Positions 36,466 through 39,933 of a DNA stretch of 39,933 bases are shown here, in pieces. Position 1 is the stretch's first letter. Each line of letters opens with the position of its first letter. Both the position numbers and the translations under genes were made by a program. The notes beneath the pieces were generated by a model. That model was not told where the DNA came from and did no database searches. It was given only the letters and a program-made list of their open reading frames with translations. Source of the DNA: a virus (taxonomy: Duplodnaviria > Heunggongvirae > Uroviricota > Caudoviricetes); the IMG/VR virus record IMGVR_UViG_2778261217_000006, positions 1 through 39,933 of that record, one strand, 5' to 3'.

Positions 36466-38214
36466 TTATGGTAGCATCATTGATACATAATCCACACCAA
36501 TCCTTGAGCTATACTGAGACGCTATAGCCTGATATCTTTCTGCATAACCAGTTCTCAGTTGAGATTTAAGTTTGAGTCGGACAGGAACATTTTGCACGTT
36601 GCCATCCATATTACTTAAAAACACGGCAGAAATAATATTTTTTTCTTCGCCATCAACTGTTGTTCCATGATTCAACACCACCATATAATCAACAACAGGA
36701 AGCGTTTTATCCCCTTCGAAAATAGAGAGATATTTTCTTTGATTTTTATGCATTACATATATATATTTCGAATGTTCAGCAAATGGCAATGCTTTACTCT
36801 GACTGGCGTTAAAAAGCTCCAGAACTTTAATGAGCCTGTGCGGACTTAATCTTACATGGTGAGGGTCGTTACCCTGAGTAGGAACCAAATCACATGCCGC
36901 AGATACACATAAATACCATTTGTTCGACTCTGTATCAAAGAAAATAGTGCCAGTAGAAATATGACCATCTTCAAAATTCTTTGAAGACAAATTCATATTT
37001 AAAGCATGATACATTTCGTGATAAGTATCATTATTTGATGGCAGATCCATTTTTGAAGAGCAATATTGGAGCAATGCAGCAACTCCGCTGTTAGCGTATT
37101 CATTTGAATAGCTATCAAAAACACTTTTGATAAATTCATCCAGCGTATTATTATTTTTAAGTCTTTGATAAAGCTCTTCTGATAAATTACCAAATACAAA
37201 GTCAATATTTCTACATCTAATATCAGGCGAGTCTGATTTTAATATCTCATTTAACCACGCAGCTTGACCGTAATGATCGTTAGCCAAATGATTTACAAAA
37301 GATAAAGCCTCAGCTTCGATTGCATTCTGAATTTCAGATTTTATTAACTGATAATAAGATGGTTTCCATTCAATGAGAGAATCATTGAGAGTTTGCCAAA
37401 TCCTATCTCCATCGTTTTCATGATCATCTTGAACCTTATGAAATAGGGAGACAAAGATATTACCACATTGAATCCATTTTACTCCGCTTTCATCACCCCG
37501 AATGACATTGCCAGATGTGTTGCTAGAAATAATTGCATTTCTAGACACAGCATATTCTGCAATCATTTTTGCAATGAAGTTTTTATCCTTTTGATCCTCC
37601 AACACAGCATCATCATGTATTAATCTTTTAATTCTTCTACAAGGCTTACTGTCTTTAATATAGGCTATTGTTTCATCTCTTGTGAGAGCTTTATTACCAT
37701 TATCATTTAAGTTCGGTAATACAACGTCTTCCCAATAACTTTGGACATCTTCATTATCGTAGTCAATGATCAAGCTGTTGATATCCAGAGCACCTTTGAG
37801 AGTCGATGATATCTGCATCCAAACCGTTTCTAAATTCTCTCTAGTATATATTACAATCATATTTAAATGATCGGAGTCTTTCAAATCTTGTAATAGTTTA
37901 AGTGTTTTATCAGGTGCATTATTATCAAGATGATAATCTACAATAATAAGATCTGATTTTCTAATCCGATCCACATCGAAATTAACAGAACCATTGTCAA
38001 CATCACAAATCATATTTTTAGATTGAAAAAAGCTCTCAAGAGTAGCGGCTCGTTTAGATGAGTCAATTTTGTTGTAGTCTAAATCAACTTCGTTATTCAA
38101 CGCCCTGATTGATTCAGAATACGTCAGAAAATCGTCATCAATCATGACAACGGAACGAATTGCATTTTCGCAGAAAGTTTTCTGGACAAGAGAATTATAA
38201 TTTGCCACTGTCAT
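36466..38214 (-). CDS. Receiver (REC)-like domain protein with large uncharacterised C-terminal domain
   Basis: N-terminus has receiver-like landmarks (VVMIDDD, DLIIVDYHL, NMIVIYT); about 440 aa C-terminal region unrecognised; start set at the ATG overlapping the kinase stop (TAATATG); the track ORF extends to 38232. Confidence 0.65.
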   Translation of the reverse strand: MTVANYNSLVQKTFCENAIRSVVMIDDDFLTYSESIRALNNEVDLDYNKIDSSKRAATLESFFQSKNMICDVDNGSVNFDVDRIRKSDLIIVDYHLDNNAPDKTLKLLQDLKDSDHLNMIVIYTRENLETVWMQISSTLKGALDINSLIIDYDNEDVQSYWEDVVLPNLNDNGNKALTRDETIAYIKDSKPCRRIKRLIHDDAVLEDQKDKNFIAKMIAEYAVSRNAIISSNTSGNVIRGDESGVKWIQCGNIFVSLFHKVQDDHENDGDRIWQTLNDSLIEWKPSYYQLIKSEIQNAIEAEALSFVNHLANDHYGQAAWLNEILKSDSPDIRCRNIDFVFGNLSEELYQRLKNNNTLDEFIKSVFDSYSNEYANSGVAALLQYCSSKMDLPSNNDTYHEMYHALNMNLSSKNFEDGHISTGTIFFDTESNKWYLCVSAACDLVPTQGNDPHHVRLSPHRLIKVLELFNASQSKALPFAEHSKYIYVMHKNQRKYLSIFEGDKTLPVVDYMVVLNHGTTVDGEEKNIISAVFLSNMDGNVQNVPVRLKLKSQLRTGYAERYQAIASQYSSRIGVDYVSMMLP

Positions 38215-38215
38215 A

Positions 38216-39052
38216 TTAGAACTCCACTCCATTGAACTGGATCACAAAATTAGCGCCATCTTTTATTAAATAGTTATCGCCTTCATCAGGTTCTGAATAC
38301 CATATTTTATGATGTGCAACAGCAAGGTTTTCTCGACATAGATACAGACCTACCCCATGTCCATTTGCTCTTTTGCTATAAAATAGTTCAAATAGTCGCG
38401 GGATATCATCGGTATCAATTGCCGGACCAGAATTTGCTATGATAACCAAAGAATTCACAAAACCAATCTTTATGAGCCTATTATTTGACAGACTGACCCA
38501 ATACATTGCATTGTTGATAATATTAGTAAAAACAGGATAGATCCTTGATGGTATATCTGTTATTGCGATTTGCTTAAACTCTTCACTAAATTCAATAGTT
38601 ATTCGTTGCCGTTCGAAACGCTCCCCAAAGAACTTCAGGACATAATCCATGATATTTTTTCCAGTTATTCTCTGCCTGGATTGATAACCTGATATTTTCA
38701 AAGGTGATAAGAAACGTATTTGTTGAGTAAGCGATCTGTGAGCATTTAACGCCAATGAAAAACCAGGGTGTTCTTTTACAGAAGTAGGAAGAGAGTTTAG
38801 TCCTCTGGTTACCATAGAATCCATTTCTTCAAGTTCATGAGATATTATCTCAACACTAATACCTAACTGTGCAAGCGCGTTTAAACTTTTAGCTTTTTCT
38901 TCAAAATATGAGCGTTCTTCTTCAGATAATGAGAATGCTGAATCTAAGTTTATACCTTCAAATAATCTATCGAGACCTTTTATTATTGATTGATATTTGA
39001 AAGTTAGGGTATCAACTGACTCAACATATAAACTATCGAGCAAATTAAACAC
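38216..39052 (-). CDS. Histidine-kinase-like protein (HisKA H-box plus HATPase_c N, G1, G2 boxes); frame is open upstream to 39226 with no start codon
   Basis: H-box ISHELEEM, N-box NIINNAMYW, G-boxes IANSGPAID and GHGVGLYL; the track start is a GTG; the frame continues upstream into the overlap with the next ORF. Confidence 0.7.
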   Translation of the reverse strand: MFNLLDSLYVESVDTLTFKYQSIIKGLDRLFEGINLDSAFSLSEEERSYFEEKAKSLNALAQLGISVEIISHELEEMDSMVTRGLNSLPTSVKEHPGFSLALNAHRSLTQQIRFLSPLKISGYQSRQRITGKNIMDYVLKFFGERFERQRITIEFSEEFKQIAITDIPSRIYPVFTNIINNAMYWVSLSNNRLIKIGFVNSLVIIANSGPAIDTDDIPRLFELFYSKRANGHGVGLYLCRENLAVAHHKIWYSEPDEGDNYLIKDGANFVIQFNGVEF

Positions 39053-39195
39053 ATTTTCAATTTGTGAATCATTATCTATTGAATCAACAACTGATATAGT
39101 TTTAGCATAATAATCACTTCGATCAACCTTTATTTCATCGGCCCATTTTTTTAAAAGAGAATGTATCTTCTCCTCTATCGTGTTATTAAACTTAG

Positions 39196-39933
39196 TTAGT
39201 TTAGAATTAATAATACCTTGATTTTTTCAAGGTGATTTTTCGCTGACAATGAAGGCTCAAGTTTATTTAATTCAGAATCAAGTTTATTAATTGCTAACTT
39301 CATTTGTAGAATATACGCAGAGAACTCATTAAATTTATCTCTGTAGTCTCTATATTTCTCTTCATACATTCCAAGTTTTGGAGGTTTGATAGGCGTTTTA
39401 ATTTCACTGCGCAACGCATCTAAGTTTGTAAGATCACTGTCTATAATTTTAAGATAGTTTAAATCTAACGAACCATCAGTTTTATCAAGCTTAGTTTTCA
39501 GCCTTTTAACAGCCTCCAAGGAAGCATCAAGAACTGGTGTCTGATTCTTCAAAGCTTCTGAAAAACTTTTTTGTGTTGATTTTCGAGCTTGTTGTTGAGC
39601 AGATTTTCTTAACTCTTTTTCACGCTTAACTTGTTCTAAAAGCTCTTTACGGTCATCAGAACGTGAACCAAAAAATCTATCAGCAAGTTCAGTTAACAAA
39701 TTAGATATAATAGTTTTCAGTTCTCTTGCAGCCTGGTTTCTTATGAATCCCTCTCTCCCCGACTTATCTTTCAGCTCTTTATTACTGGATTGAGTAATTC
39801 CAATATAACCAAAAATCCTTCTATTAGACCAATAATATCGCCCTGCATTCCATGAACGTCTTTCTTCTATCTGGAAGAAATCATTATCTACTCGACCATA
39901 AGGTAATACTCTCAAGCTATCCCTAAAAATCAT
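39196..39933 (-). CDS. Coiled-coil-rich ORF, 5' end beyond the window; probably the N-terminal part of the kinase gene separated by a frameshift
   Basis: Ends 30 nt inside the open upstream extension of the kinase frame; an A6 run lies at the frame junction. Confidence 0.55.
   Translation of the reverse strand: MIFRDSLRVLPYGRVDNDFFQIEERRSWNAGRYYWSNRRIFGYIGITQSSNKELKDKSGREGFIRNQAARELKTIISNLLTELADRFFGSRSDDRKELLEQVKREKELRKSAQQQARKSTQKSFSEALKNQTPVLDASLEAVKRLKTKLDKTDGSLDLNYLKIIDSDLTNLDALRSEIKTPIKPPKLGMYEEKYRDYRDKFNEFSAYILQMKLAINKLDSELNKLEPSLSAKNHLEKIKVLLILN

Larger units (their letters stand above)
34545..39933. mobile_element. Second integrative island (truncated by window end): P4-type integrase plus AT-rich cargo
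   Basis: Starts directly after the ssrA-end repeat with an integrase gene; marked drop in GC content from about 35.9 kb onward. Confidence 0.7.

Noticed and set aside
36466-39933. Calling the kinase/receiver module a canonical Detocs system
   Set aside because: Domain logic is similar, but I see no separate small intermediate protein within the window and cannot recognise the effector domain; assignment would need profile searches.
1-39933. CRISPR arrays, rRNA or tRNA genes, IS elements
   Set aside because: No regularly spaced short direct repeats, no tRNA-like cloverleaf besides the tmRNA, and no transposase-like ORF or terminal inverted repeats were seen.

Overview
The window runs from the 3' end of an enterobacterial core region (smpB, then tmRNA gene ssrA at 698..1060) into two horizontally acquired elements inserted in tandem at the ssrA 3' end. 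Element 1 (about 1061..34544) is a complete P2/186-like myovirus prophage bounded by a perfect 45-bp direct repeat of the ssrA 3' end (1016..1060 and 34500..34544). On the minus strand it carries ogr, then tail genes D-U-T-E/E'-FII-FI, a Hin/Gin-type invertase with an invertible tail-fibre segment, baseplate genes H-I-J-W-V, S-R, the lysis cassette, and head genes X-L-M-N-O; P and Q are on the plus strand. Past Q lie a three-gene cargo operon of unknown function, a candidate cos site, a LexA-box-controlled DinI-like cassette, replication gene A, dam, a TraR-like zinc finger, small early genes, cII, apl, cI and int. Element 2 (34545 to the window end, truncated) starts with a P4-type integrase followed by a visibly AT-rich block encoding a REC-domain protein and a histidine-kinase-like protein. 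The two strongest candidates for an undescribed system are the cos-proximal three-gene operon (23761..26076) and the kinase/receiver module (36466..39933); a small BRCT-domain gene next to attL is a third. All protein assignments are from reading the translated ORFs against remembered family signatures; no database search was run.
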